Below, in pieces: positions 1-11,633 of a DNA stretch of 64,000 nucleotides (position 1 is the first letter of the stretch; the number at the start of each line of letters is the position of its first letter). Under the pieces are notes generated by a model. It did no database searches. It was not told where the DNA came from and worked only from the letters and a program-made list of their open reading frames with translations. Source of the DNA: Hyaloraphidium curvatum SAG 235-1 (Eukaryota; Fungi; Monoblepharomycota); assembly GCA_025558095.1 (NCBI GenBank), contig JAIVFI010000025.1, positions 124,001 to 188,000 of the forward strand. The letters run 5' to 3'. Made by a program: the position numbers and the translations under genes.

Positions 1-973
1 CATCAAGAAGGAGCTCAAGGACCCCGTGCTCTGGCTCTTCTTCGGCGCCATGTGCGTATGCCTGATCATTGATCCGCCCTGCACTTCTGACCCCACCCGT
101 CACCTTAGGCTCTTCATCGTCATCCCCATTGCCGGCGCCGCCGCTCTGCTCCCCTCCATCATCCTCGGCCTCGGCTTCAAGACCTCGACCCAGGCCAACG
201 GCCTCGCCGCCGCCGTCAACGCCATGGCCGTCGTCACCACGCTGCTCAACACTTGGCACTCGGACTGGGTCAACGAGCGCTACTGGCACGTCATGGGCAC
301 CGTCAGCTTCTTTGGTGGGTTTGCGCCGTTCCTTTCCGCGGGCATGCGTCTGATCGCCCGCCGCTCCAGCCCTCTGCGGTTCCCTCCCCCTCGCCATCAC
401 CGCCACGAACCCCACCCTGGTGTCCCCCGGCGGCCGTCTTGCCTTCGTGCTCCTGGCCGGCGTCATCTCGTCGAGCTACCCCATCGTCTGGGCGTACCGC
501 GCCAACACGGCCAAGGGCACCTCGCGCGCCACCGTCAACTCGGCCCTGACGCTCACCGCCTATGCCGGAGGTGGGCATCCGCGGCCGCCGTCCTGCGGCC
601 TTAATCTCACGGCGCGTTCCAGGTCTCGTCGTCGGCCCCCAGCTCTTCCCCAACCAGGACGCCCCGAACTACGTGCCCGGCATGTGGGCTTCGTTCGGCC
701 TGTACTGGGCCGGCCTCCTCTGCTTCTCGGGTGCGTCGCGCTCTTGGCCGCACGCCGACCCGCCGTCCTGACGATCGTTCCCCGCATCCAGTCATCCCGC
801 TCGTCCTCCGCCGCCAGCTCAAGAACGACGCCGAGGACGCTCGCATCGTGCTCGCCGGGCACGAGGCCGCCCTGCCCCAGAGCGACGTCAAGATCGGCAT
901 GGAGAACATGGGCGAGGCCGCCAAGCCCGCCGATGCCGTGCAGATGCCAGTGGCCGTCAACGAGAAGGTGTGA
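1..973 (+). CDS. MFS transporter, allantoate/anion:cation symporter-like (3' part only)
   Basis: Hydrophobic TM segments. Spliced reading gives ...WHSDWVNERYWH...ANTAKGTSRATVNS...VVGPQLFPNQDAPNY, typical of the Dal5/Tna1-like C-terminal half. GT-AG introns at about 315-369, 571-622 and 731-791; TGA at 971-973. Confidence 0.8.
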
Positions 974-1197
974 TGCGGACGTTGGTGTGCACAGTGTAGG
1001 AGTGCGCGACGGAAGTTTTTGGATCGTTTCGTCGGTGGCCGTCGCGGAGACGAGACGGACAAGAGTAAAAGAAACGTGTGTACATACACGCGACTGGTGC
1101 GCAGACCAGTGACTGTACAGAGAGTTGGCTAAAAGTGACGACGTGGAAAGTTGTTTCGTAAAATCTGCCCGCCAATCCATGAGCTTCGTGAACGTCG

Positions 1198-3524
1198 TCA
1201 CTTGGTCGCCGCCGCGATCGCCTCGAGCTCCTCGCCGACCTTGGGAAAAGTCGGCCGATCCGCCGGCTCCTGGGCCCAGCTCCGCTCCATGACCGCCCAA
1301 ACGCTGTCGAGGACATCCGCAGGGCGATCAGGTCTTGCTCCCTTGGATGTGACCGCGTACGACACCTGCAAAGCATCCGTCAGATGAGCCCTCGTCGGAG
1401 CCAGCTGGACTCACCGCCCAGTAGTTGGGAGCCCCCCCGAACGGATACAGTCCGTTGCTGACGACCTCGTAGCACAGCATAGCGAAGCTGAAAACGTCCG
1501 CCGGCGGCCGGAGGGGTTCTCCCATCATGATCTCGGGCGCCATGAAGCCCACAGTTCCGCCCGGCACGTGCGCGTCCGGCCCGCCGATGCTGACCGATCC
1601 GTCGCCCGGCTGGCGGAACTTGGAGAGCCCGAAGTCCGAAACCAGTGCGCGCCCGGCCGCGGCGTCGACGAGGACGTTGGCGCACTTGAGGTCACCGTGC
1701 AGGATGCCGAAAGAATGCAAGTAGCTCATGCCCCGCGCCACGTCGCAGAGGAGGCGCAGACCCTGGTCGCGAGGCCACGAACGGGATTTCAGGTATTCCC
1801 GCAGGTTGCCGCCGTCGGCGATCTCGGAGATGAGCATCGGGGGATCAATGGTGAATGCGATCAGAGGCAGCACTGGAAACCATGTTCACTGCGCGATCTC
1901 AGGGCATGAGGAAGCACCTGCAACTTACCGTTGCGCTGGGCCAGCCCCTCCCAGTTCTTGATCTCCTTGGCGAACGCTCTCGCTGCATCCACGTCGAACT
2001 CTCGCCTAGCCACCTTGACCGCCACCTTGACCGATCCCCGCAAAACTCCCTCGTAGACGACGCCGAAATTGCCCTTGCCCAGGATTTTGGATTTGTCTAC
2101 GATAACGTCCTCCGCGCGGACCACGAACTTCGACCCGGCGACCGCCGTCAGGGGCGAGTCGGGATCCGGCATGGAGGGCACTCGCGAAACCACGGGGGCA
2201 GCGGGCGGCGTTGCAATGACTGGAGGAATGGCGGCTTTGCCTTGATTGTTGGCGACAGCGGGAGCGGGAACAGATTCCGAAGGGGCGACAGAGTACATGG
2301 GATTCCGGGGGAGGGGATCCATCGGCCCGTCCGTGCTGACGATTGGCACCGAAAGTGCCGCCGAGGCCGGGCCAAAATACGAAGATGGCACCGTCATCTG
2401 CGAGACGGCTGTCATGTCCGTGGTCGAGGGGATCGTGGCGACGGAGGCGCTGGCGGCCGTGACCGTCAGCGCTTCCGATGGGCGGGATCCAGGTGGCCCC
2501 TTGTCCAGATCGTACACAATCGCCTTCTCCCCGGCTTCTGCGTCTGTCGCCATACTGTTCTTTCCAGCATTTTCCTTAGCTTTCCGCGACCGGTAGTAGA
2601 CGAGCCCGCCGGCGGCGAGACCGACCGCGGCAAGTCCGCCGATGACTCCGCCGACGATGGCGCCAATGGGAGTCGAGCCCGAGTTCGGGATCGGTGACGC
2701 CGTCGGGCTGGATGTCGCGGAGGCGACCGTGGGGAAAGCCCATACCGGGCTGGCGGTCACGTTGACGCAGTAACCGGTCATTGACCCTGCATATGGTCCG
2801 TCAGCCATTGGAGGCGGCGGAAGGGCTGCGTGCGTTTCTCACAAATCTGCCCGTTCACGGGATAAACGAACGTCTCGCAGCCGCCGGGATACAGCGAACC
2901 TCGCTGGAGACCGGCAATCGGGGTCTTGCATGCCTCGTCTGCAAAGAACTGCAAGGTTCCGTTCCCCGGGCCGTCCGGGCACTGCGGATAGCCGAATCCG
3001 GGGAGCCCTAGCGCAGCCAGTGGGATGCAGTTCTCGGGGAGCACCGCCGCGGCAAAGGTGTAGTTGCCAGAGCAGTTCGCAGCCGAAAAATCCGTCGCAG
3101 TAAAATAGACGCCAGGGGACCCGGTCAGGTTCAGTGTTGTGATCTCGAGCGGGCAGACCTGGGAGATGCCGATGTCATTGAACACGACTGGTTGCGGTTG
3201 TACCGTCAAACACGCCACCGCAGACCCTTTAGGCGAAGACTTACTCGAGTTGCAAGGCGTCTCGGCCCCGCACTGTCCCGGGAACGCGACCTGAATAGCC
3301 TGCGGCCGAGCGGGCGTCGGGTTGCAATTCGTTTCGAGCCAATAGCCGTTGATCACAGTCCCGGCATGTGCTCCGCCAAAAAAGGTAGAGAAAAGGAGTG
3401 CCGCGAGGGAAGAGAGTCGCAGCAGGCGCGTGCCATCGCTCGAGATGCGAGACGGGAGTGCGTCGCAGTTCCACCGCCCCTGCCCTCCCACCGCGGGACG
3501 TGCGACCGGCGCACGACGCCGCAT
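1198..3524 (-). CDS. Receptor-like TKL protein kinase (signal peptide, Cys-rich ectodomain, single TM, kinase)
   Basis: Signal-like LLRLSSLAALLFSTFFGGAHA; Cys-rich ectodomain; TM IGAIVGGVIGGLAAVGLAAGGLVYY followed by RSRK; kinase motifs GKGNFG, VAVK, HGDLK, DFG, APE. Three introns join ORFs 2778-3524, 1861-2808, 1328-1873 and a last exon ending at TGA 1198-1200. Confidence 0.88.
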
Positions 3525-3770
3525 CGCAACCCGACCGAAGCCCCCGTCCTCGGCAGGCGCTCCCGGGCGCTACTGGCCGCGCTTGCTCTCTAGAATGCCC
3601 TGGAAGTGCGTGACTGACTGACTTGATTGACGGACTTGGGCTGGTGTCCGGTCTCCTGCGCCGGTCGGTCTGTATACCGCAGGAGGCTGCCGGCCGACGG
3701 CGAACGTGCCGACGGCACTATCTTTATCTCCTCTTCGCTCCCGGCGGGGGGCCGGGCCAGCGATCGGGCC

Positions 3771-5509
3771 ATGGCGTCCGCCGCGGTCGGACCACGTCCT
3801 CCGCCTAGTACCAGAACTTCGAGGACGATAAGCTCGGACGACCCGCTGTTCGCCTGGGTCAAGGCGTGCAAGAATGGAGATGACAATACCATCTCCATGC
3901 TTCTCGCCGACCCGAACTTCGACCCGAACGCCCGTGATTCACAGGGGTTCACGGGCCTCATGCACGCGAGCAGTAAGGGGACCGTCAGGGCGCTGAAGCG
4001 GCTTCTTTCGGATCCTCGCGTGGATACCGAGGTTGCCGGCACCGGAGGGTACCGTGCCTTTCATTTTGCGTGCCGTGGAGGACACCTGGACGCGGTCACC
4101 ACGCTCCTGGACGCGGGGGCGGACCCAAACGCAAAGAAGGACGACGGCATGACCGGATTCATGCTTGCGGTGCGGGAGGGTATGGAGGATGTGGTGGATG
4201 CCCTGCTGCTTCGTGCCGGTACCGACAGCAAGGCCGTGAAGTGCTACATGCAGGACAATAACGGGCGCACGGCTTTTGCCCTGGCCTGCCTCTCCCAGGA
4301 CGTTGTAATGGCGGACAAGCTGATTCGACGCTCTGACGACATTGGGATCGATTTTCCGGACTCAGATGGCGACACGCCGTTCCACCATGCCTGCCGTTCC
4401 AACAACGAGCAGCTCGTTCGGGTCTTTCTGCGGCATCTGGGCACCTTTGACATGTCTCCCTGCAACAACGCGGATTACCTTCCTTACGAGCTTTGCCGGC
4501 CGGAACTGCGGGCCCTCATCGAGAAGAAGGAGCTCATCGCGTCGGCCCAGCCGGAGCGCCTTCGAGTGCGTTCTTCCGAGATCATCTTCGACCCGGCATC
4601 GAAGCCTTTGGGGATCGGGGCCCAAGGAATTGTTTTCACGGGCGAGTTTAGGGGCCAGCACGTCGCGATCAAGGTGATGAACCCGAGGGGAACGCAGAAC
4701 GAGGCACGCGATTTTGCAAAGGAGATCGAACATTGGGCCATACTGAACGGCCACGAGAACGGTGAGTGCCTCGTGTCCTCTCCTTGGCCTTCCCCGCCCT
4801 TATGCTCGGCGTTCAACCAGTCCTGCCACTTCTTGCATGGAGTGACGATCCCCTCTGGATGGTGTGCCCGCTTGCGGACGGCGGAAACCTTGCCATGTGG
4901 CTCTGGCATCACCGTGAAGACCCTGAATACCCCTTGCTCTCCCTGCGGCTGCTGCTCGATGCCGCACGGGGCATCCTGTTTATGCACCAGAGCCACGTCG
5001 TACACGGCGATCTCAAGCCGGCCAACATCCTGGTATCGGGCGGCTCGGCCATGATCGCGGACTTTGGCCTTGCCCGCGTGCGGATGTCCGTCTCGGCGCC
5101 CTCCGTGAGGGATTCGGACGGGATCTCGGGGACGCTGCCGTTCTGCCCGCCGGAGTTCTTTGAGGAGCTTCCCGGCGCGTTGCCAGCCAAGAAGCGGCAG
5201 ACCACGGATGTATATGCCTTTGGAATGGTCGCGTTCATGGTAGGCAGCCGCGGCCTGGAGCCCTTCAGCGAGATTCAGGACAATCAGAAGGTGTGAGATT
5301 TTGTGGTTGCGACAGTAACATGAATAGCTTATCCTTCGCGACAGATGGTCCGCAACATACTCAGGGGCAAGTTCGACAGGCCGGACGGGACGCCGGATTG
5401 GCTTTGGAAGATAGTGAAGCGGTGCACGGCCAGGCATCCGCACGAGAGGCCAAAGATGGAACAGGTGGTCGCGGAACTTGAGAAGTCGTTCGAAGCACTG
5501 ACTGCATGA
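3771..5509 (+). CDS. Ankyrin-repeat TKL protein kinase
   Basis: About 6 ankyrin repeats (GFTGLMHA, GYRAFHFAC, GMTGFMLA, GRTAFALAC, GDTPFHHAC), then GIGAQG, VAIK, HGDLK, DFG, CPPE. Two introns, after GHEN and after QDNQK; TGA at 5507-5509. Confidence 0.88.
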
Positions 5510-5591
5510 GGCGAACAACGCACTGCTTCACCTTGTAACTGCATAACAAGAATGGAGGTACAAATGCGCAGTCGACACCTGCACAAAGCGC

Positions 5592-7111
5592 CTACAGACT
5601 TGATCGAAGCTCCTCCACCATGCGCTCCCCTTCCCTGTCGCCAGACAGGTAGCCGCCGTGGACCCACGAGAAACAGACCTCGTGGGTGTGTTCGCCCGCA
5701 AAGAACACCCGTCGCACCCCGTCGGGTCCGACCAGCGGTTCGCGGAGCTGCCCGTAGAGCTTTTCGACAACCTGGGGCCAAGGTCCGGAGTGAACCTTGA
5801 CGTGCGAGTATGCACCTGAACGCAAACAGTCAGATCGAGCCAGTTACCGATGAGGTCAGGCCCACCGCCGTAGAACTCGTTGTGGCCCCAGCTCGTCCTC
5901 TTCATTTCGACCGGTTCGGGCACATCCCGGTCCGCAAACATCCGTCTGAGCTCCCCCATGACAAAGCTCCGGCACTCGTCGTCCGAGAGCTTCTCCAACC
6001 ACCACGCGTACGTCGCGTTCGAAAACACGCCGAGAACGGGTCTCCTCGGGCTGTAGAAGTTGCCCACGGCGACGACAAAGAAGCCGGCGTGCGGCGGCTT
6101 TGAGACCGTGCTGCGCGGGCTCGGGTCCCACAGAGATCTGGGCACGTATGTCTGGAAGTACTCGACATCCGCGTCCCACCAAGGCTCCTCGAAGCGGAGG
6201 TAAGTCTTGTTGAGCAGGCCGATCCCCATGTCCTCGATCGCACGCCGCTTGCCAGCCGGCAGCGGCGGGGTAAAGAGGCGTTCGTAGAACGAGTTCCACT
6301 TCAGCGCGCCGAGAGGAATGGTGCAAAGCACGTGCGTGGCCTCAAAGGTCGGATGGGCCGGGTTCCGCGTGCGGAGGACGACCTTGCCGGGTTGCGAATA
6401 GTCGATTGACTCGACCGGGGTGCTGAGGAGGATGTCGCGGCCGACGACGAACCCGTTCCGCTCGATCAGGTTGTTGACCACCGTACGGTACCCGCTGACG
6501 ACGTACGAGTCGGCCGTCGTCGTCGACCGGAAGGGCCCGTCCACGTTCATTTGCAACAGAGCCATCTCGTCGGCGTCGCAGCACTTGCTCGACGCGCGAG
6601 AGATGAGCATGGTCCGTACGAGCTTCAGGTTCTTCTCGGAACGGTCCGCGGCCTCAGTGGCGAGGATCCGATCGAGTTCCCGGTTCATCCACGACCAGAC
6701 GTCCACGTCCTCCGCGGGATGCTCCTTGGCATACCGCACCGCCGCGTCCGTGACCGCTCCCACGGTTCGAAAGCACCACGACGCCGTGTCAGGCGGCACC
6801 CTCTCCGTCGTTTCGGGGTACAGAAGCACCGTCCGCTCGTCGTTGTTGAACGTGGCCCCATCGGCATAGTCGAACAGCGGGTTCCGACGCGGGCCCGCTG
6901 GCTCGTCGGGCGCGCCCTGGATCCACGATCCACCAAAGTCTACTGGGGTGCCATCGCCGAGCTCCACGGTGTATGTGCGGCCCCCGACGTGGTCCGTCGC
7001 CTCGAGGATCAGGGGCGAGTGGCCGGCGCGCTTGAGGCGGATCGCCGCCGCCAGGCCGGACATGCCGCACCCGATAACGATCACGCGCGGGGCAGACGCG
7101 TTGGAGGCCAT
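5592..7111 (-). CDS. Flavin-containing amine (polyamine) oxidase
   Basis: N-terminal VIVIGCGMSGLAAA...EATDHVGGR, DFGGSWI, VLCTIPLGAL, C-terminal GAYS and FFAGEHT...VHGGYLSG. One intron near 5817-5866. Confidence 0.9.
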
Positions 7112-7293
7112 TTTTACTACGAAGACGATGTTGCTGGATGAGCTGAGCGAGCGCAGCCCGCGGTCGGTTCCGTTCCGCTGGCCGGACGGAACGCGATCGA
7201 ATTGCTCCGCACCCGATCGGCGAATGAGGAGGCGCAATGGAGCGAGACCAGAGGACCACGAATCAAAAATAAGGCAGAGCAGAATCACAGCCG

Positions 7294-9786
7294 CTACGGC
7301 ACCACGAACTCCATGTTCCCGTTCAGCTTCAGCAGCGCCCCGTTGTTCGCCGTCGCGCTCCCAAACACCGCCTTCCCACCCTTGTCGATCGACGTCGCCC
7401 CGTTCCCCAGCGCAACCGACCCCACGAACACGTTCTCCGACGGCGAGAACGAAACGGCCGCCGCGATGCGGCCCTGGGGCTTCGCGGCCGTGCCGCCGAG
7501 CGGGCAGCTCATGGTCTGCGAGGCCGGCGAGAAGCCGATCTTGGTGATGCTCAGCTCGGACTGGAACCCCTCGCACGCCTGCGCCGACACGGCCAGGTAG
7601 GAGTTGCCCACGATGTCCACGGCCAGGGCGCCGAAGGCGATGTTGGCGAAGGTGAGGTGGGTGACGGCGGATGCGTCGGGCAGGAAGCTGCTGTTGAGCT
7701 GGGCGATCCGCACGTCAGCTCGCCGATAGGGAGCCGGAGCAAATCAGACGCACCTTGGCATGCATGATGCGGTTCGACACCCCGGCGTTCGACACGAACC
7801 CCGCGACGGTCAAGGATCCGCTGTACACCATCGCGAGCCGCAGCTCGCCCAGCGCCGTCCGCACCAGAGCGCCCACGAAATCCGTCCCCGTTCCGCCGAT
7901 CGCGGACAGGAAGTCGATCTTGCCGTTGGTCGAGACGCAGTTGGCGATGAAGATGTCCGTGGAGCCGCCCCTGAAGGGCACGGAGAAGCTGTCCTCGAGG
8001 GTGACGGGGTTCGTCGCCGAGGTGAAGACGCCGGCGATGACGAAGCGCGTCGCGTCGGTGCCGCTGTCGGATCCGAACGGGTAGGTCAGCACCGTGCACA
8101 AAGGGCGGGGCCGTCCGACGCACGGGACGATGTCCTTGATCAGGAGCGTCGTGTTGTAGGAGCGCGCAAAGACGATCGTGCGGTCGGCCTTGTACTTTGC
8201 CACGAAGCCGTTCTGCTTGTTGGCGCCCGGGTTGGGATTGTGGATCACCTTGTTCGTCAGGAACGGGTTCAGCGGTCCGAGGTTCGAGGCGAAGGTGAGG
8301 TTCCTCGACCGATCTGCGGGAAGGGTGCGTCAGCTCCACTCGAAGGCGAGCGAAGAATGCAGCCCACAGGAGCCGGCAATGTGCAGCGATCCCTCCGAAT
8401 CCACCATGAGCGCCTCGGCCGCGTCCACGTGCGAACCCCCAAAGGCAGTCGCGAACCCTTGCGCTCCCGTGTCCGCGGCGATGTCCGCGACGACGAAATC
8501 CGTGTCGACGCCAGGGAAGCGGATGTCGCCGCGCCCGAAGCCCATCTTGTCCGTCACGGTGGTCGTGAACAGCTGTATGGGCACGGGTCGTCAGAGCGTA
8601 GGTGGCGCACCGGGGCCGACCCCGCACGCACCACGTAGATGAGCGACTGATCCAGCGAGACGTCGATGTCTGAAGCGACAACGGGGCCATGGTGAGAGGT
8701 GATCCGCATTTTCCCCTGCGAGCCACGAACCGTTGACAGTGATGTTGGGGGGCGCCGCGAGCGCCGCGGTGGACGCGCCCCACGCCGTCACCCACACCAC
8801 CTTGCCATCCGAGTCCAGCCTTCGACCTGGGCATCAGCCGTGCATTCGCATCCCGTGCGTACCGGCCCCACCTCATGGCAAACACCCCCGGCCCCCTGAA
8901 CTTGGGCAGCCTCGCGACCGTGCCGTTCCCCAGCTCGACCGGGAACTCCAGCGCCGCGTTGTCGAGGTGGTACGTCCCCGCGACGGCGAGGTGGTTCCCC
9001 GGGAGGGCCTTGGCGGCGGTGAGTTCGACGCCGGGCGGTTGGTCCGAGGACTTGAAAAGGACAAGGGGGTACGGAGGGGGACGGGTGGTTGTGGTGGACG
9101 TGCGCGTCTGGGAGGTCGTCCGCGTCTGGGAGGTGGTCGTCGGCGTCGCCGTGGTCGTCGTGAGCGTCGTCGTGACGGTTGTCCGCGTCGTCTGGGCAGA
9201 TTAAGGGAGCCCCGGGGCAGGGCGTCAGAACCGGGCGGTGCGCAACCAGCCAACAGCCGGCACCCACCGTGACAGTCGATGTCGGCCGCTGCGTCGTCCG
9301 CACCACGCGCTTCGACGTGGTCCTCTTCGGCGCCGGCAGCGCCACGTTCACCGCAAACGTCGTCTTGCCCGCCGGCCACCTGAAAGCCAGCAGGTTCACC
9401 CCCGGCGCCGCCTTCTTCACGACGACAAAGTTCCGCGACGCCGGCAGCCTGGCGATCGTGAACTTGAACCGCCCGTCGGCCCCCGTTTTCGCGGACGCGA
9501 GCACCGCCAGCTTCACCCCCTGCCGCACGCCGAGCTGCAGGAACGTGTTCTTGAGCGGCTGATCCTTGGCAGCGTTGAAGACCTTGTTGGGAGTGACGTC
9601 GACGAACGCGCGGCCGGTCACGAACACGGCGCCCTTCTGCCGCGGGAGGAGGCGGTTCCGTGCGGGCGGCCGCGGGGAGAGGCCGTGTACAGACGGGTCG
9701 ACGCGCATCGGGCCCGGCGCCCGCTCCGCCCCCGCGATCGCGGCCAGCGCGGCCAGCGCGAGCAGCGCCGCAAGCATTACGCGCAT
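7294..9786 (-). CDS. Secreted modular protein: SdrD-B/prealbumin-like domain, Thr-rich linker, beta-propeller-like repeats
   Basis: Signal peptide MRVMLAALLALAALAAIAGA; GRAFVD...KDQPL...KTGADGRFKF; Thr-rich linker; repeated GFVAKY/DIFIAN/VDSEGSLHIAG blades as in SBBP-type propellers. Several short introns; exon boundaries approximate. Confidence 0.6.
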
Positions 9787-10328
9787 CTTTGCGGCAGCGG
9801 GCCCGCCCGCGCACCGGAGTCGGTCGCAAAGATTGCGGCGCTGTGCTGCCGCTTGGCCGACCGGCGGGCGGGTGGCAAGGAGGGTCCGACCCAGACCGGC
9901 CCTTTTGCCTCGGTCGGAACAACGGTGGATCGCATGGAGGACATGTATCGGACCTTTGCTCGATACCGCGTGCCACGGAGGTGGATGCAACCCCCGCGAT
10001 CGCCTCGTTGCAGCTCTGCCACCCCCGAACCGCCTCCATTTGTCCGACCGACCGATCCACAGCCTTACCTCACCGCCCAAAGAGAATATCGGGCCGCAGC
10101 CGAATAGCCCGCCTCCTTTCACGATCAGCGGGCTTTGGTAACGCGGCCCCCCCTCTCCGCACCATGCTTGGGCGGCACCTCGAACGGTCGGGGGCGCCTC
10201 AATGGGTGCGTTCCTCCTGCCTTTCGCCGCTAGGACCGCGGACGGATGGATGGATGGATGGGGGTGGGAGGGCGAAGGGGAAGGGTGGGGGATGTACAGG
10301 TGTATTCCGTTCCGGGGGGTGTGGGGGG

Positions 10329-11494
10329 TTACAGCCGGCGACCGCGGCGGCCGCCCTTCCGGCGGGTCGAGTCGGTCGGGATGGGGGTCACTGGCACGCG
10401 GGCGTCAGCAACCGCACGCTTCGCGGGCGGCCCGGCGGCCTTCTCACCGTCCTCGATCCTCCCAATCTTCATCCCCGCCCTCGCCAGCGCCCTCAGCGCG
10501 CTCTGCGCCCCCGGACCCGGCGTCTTGGTCCCGTTGCCCCCCGTAGCCCGCAGGCGGATGTGCAGCGCGGTGATGCCGAGCTCCTTGCACCGCTGCGCGA
10601 CGTCCTGCGCGGCGAGCATGGCGGCATAGGGAGAGGACTCGTCGCGGTCGGCCTTGACCTTCATGCCGCCGGTGACGCGGACGAGGGTTTCGCGGCCGGT
10701 GAGGTCGGTGACGTGCTGGAAAGGCGGGGTGTGTGAGTTGGGTTCGAAAGGAAGGGAAGCAAAGAGGGGGAAGTGCCGGTTCCGCTCCAAGGTGTCCCCA
10801 GGAGGAGGCCCCGTTCCGTCGTTCGCGGTCCTCATTCGCCGCAGCCATGCCTTGCGGTCCGTAGTGGGATCCGCGTCCGACGGCCGCCGGCCGCAACGAG
10901 ACCGGATCCTCGCCCGCCCACTCCCCTCTGCCCATCGCCGTCCACCCGCCACCGCCCGCCATCTCCCCCTTCTCCGCCTCTCCCATTCGGGACACGTACC
11001 ACAAAGGTGTCGTTGAAGCTGGCAAAGATGTGCGCGACGCCAAACACGGTCTCGCCCTCCTTGACCTGCGGGCCCAGCTGCACGTTCTCGACGGGCGCGG
11101 CGGCCTTGGCGGCCTTCTTCGGCGGCTGCGTGGGGAGGGGTGGTTAGCACGATGGAAAGGAGGAGGGATTGGGGCAGGGCATCGCGGGGGAGGAGGAGGG
11201 GTGGAATGGATGGGAGCGGGGAGGGGGCCAACGGGCCGGGAGGGGGCAGAGCCGGCCGGGAGCGCGGCCGCCTGCCTGCCGCGGGGCAGCGTAGTGCCAA
11301 CACCGCGCCGCGCAGCCCACCGGGCGTCCCCGCGGAGAAGGCACGCCCCGCGGCGACCGGCCCGGCACGTCCTGCCCGGCCCGCCTCCCTCCCGCCCTCC
11401 CTCGCCCTCCTCCCTCCCTCCCTCCCGCCGTCACACCGCCGTCGCAGCGTCCCCGCAATGCCCTCCCGCTGCCGCCCGCCGCGACGCTCACCAT
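10329..11494 (-). CDS. RPS14: 40S ribosomal protein S14 (uS11)
   Basis: [15 protein letters not shown]|[37 protein letters not shown]...[15 protein letters not shown]. First coding exon is ATG only (11492-11494). Introns at 11126-11491, 10716-10999 and 10391-10447. Confidence 0.97.
11176..11464 (-). other. Intronic inverted repeat (14-bp stem) in RPS14 intron 1
   Basis: Pre-mRNA arms AGGGCAUUGCGGGG (11464-11451) and CCCCGCGAUGCCCU (11189-11176) pair fully, with one G-U wobble. Confidence 0.7.
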
Positions 11495-11633
11495 CGTGGA
11501 TTCGCGGTTCGAGGAGTGTCGGCGTGTGCGGATCGGACGCGGGAGTTGTTAACCTAACCTAGCCATTTTAAATTGCGCTAGCGCGGGACGGCGGGACCAA
11601 ACTCTCCCCCATCCTCCGGAGCCATCAAACGCG

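Noticed and set aside
10716-10999. Intron-encoded snoRNA in RPS14
   Set aside because: Only a C-box-like ATGAGGA, with no matching D box or H/ACA layout visible.
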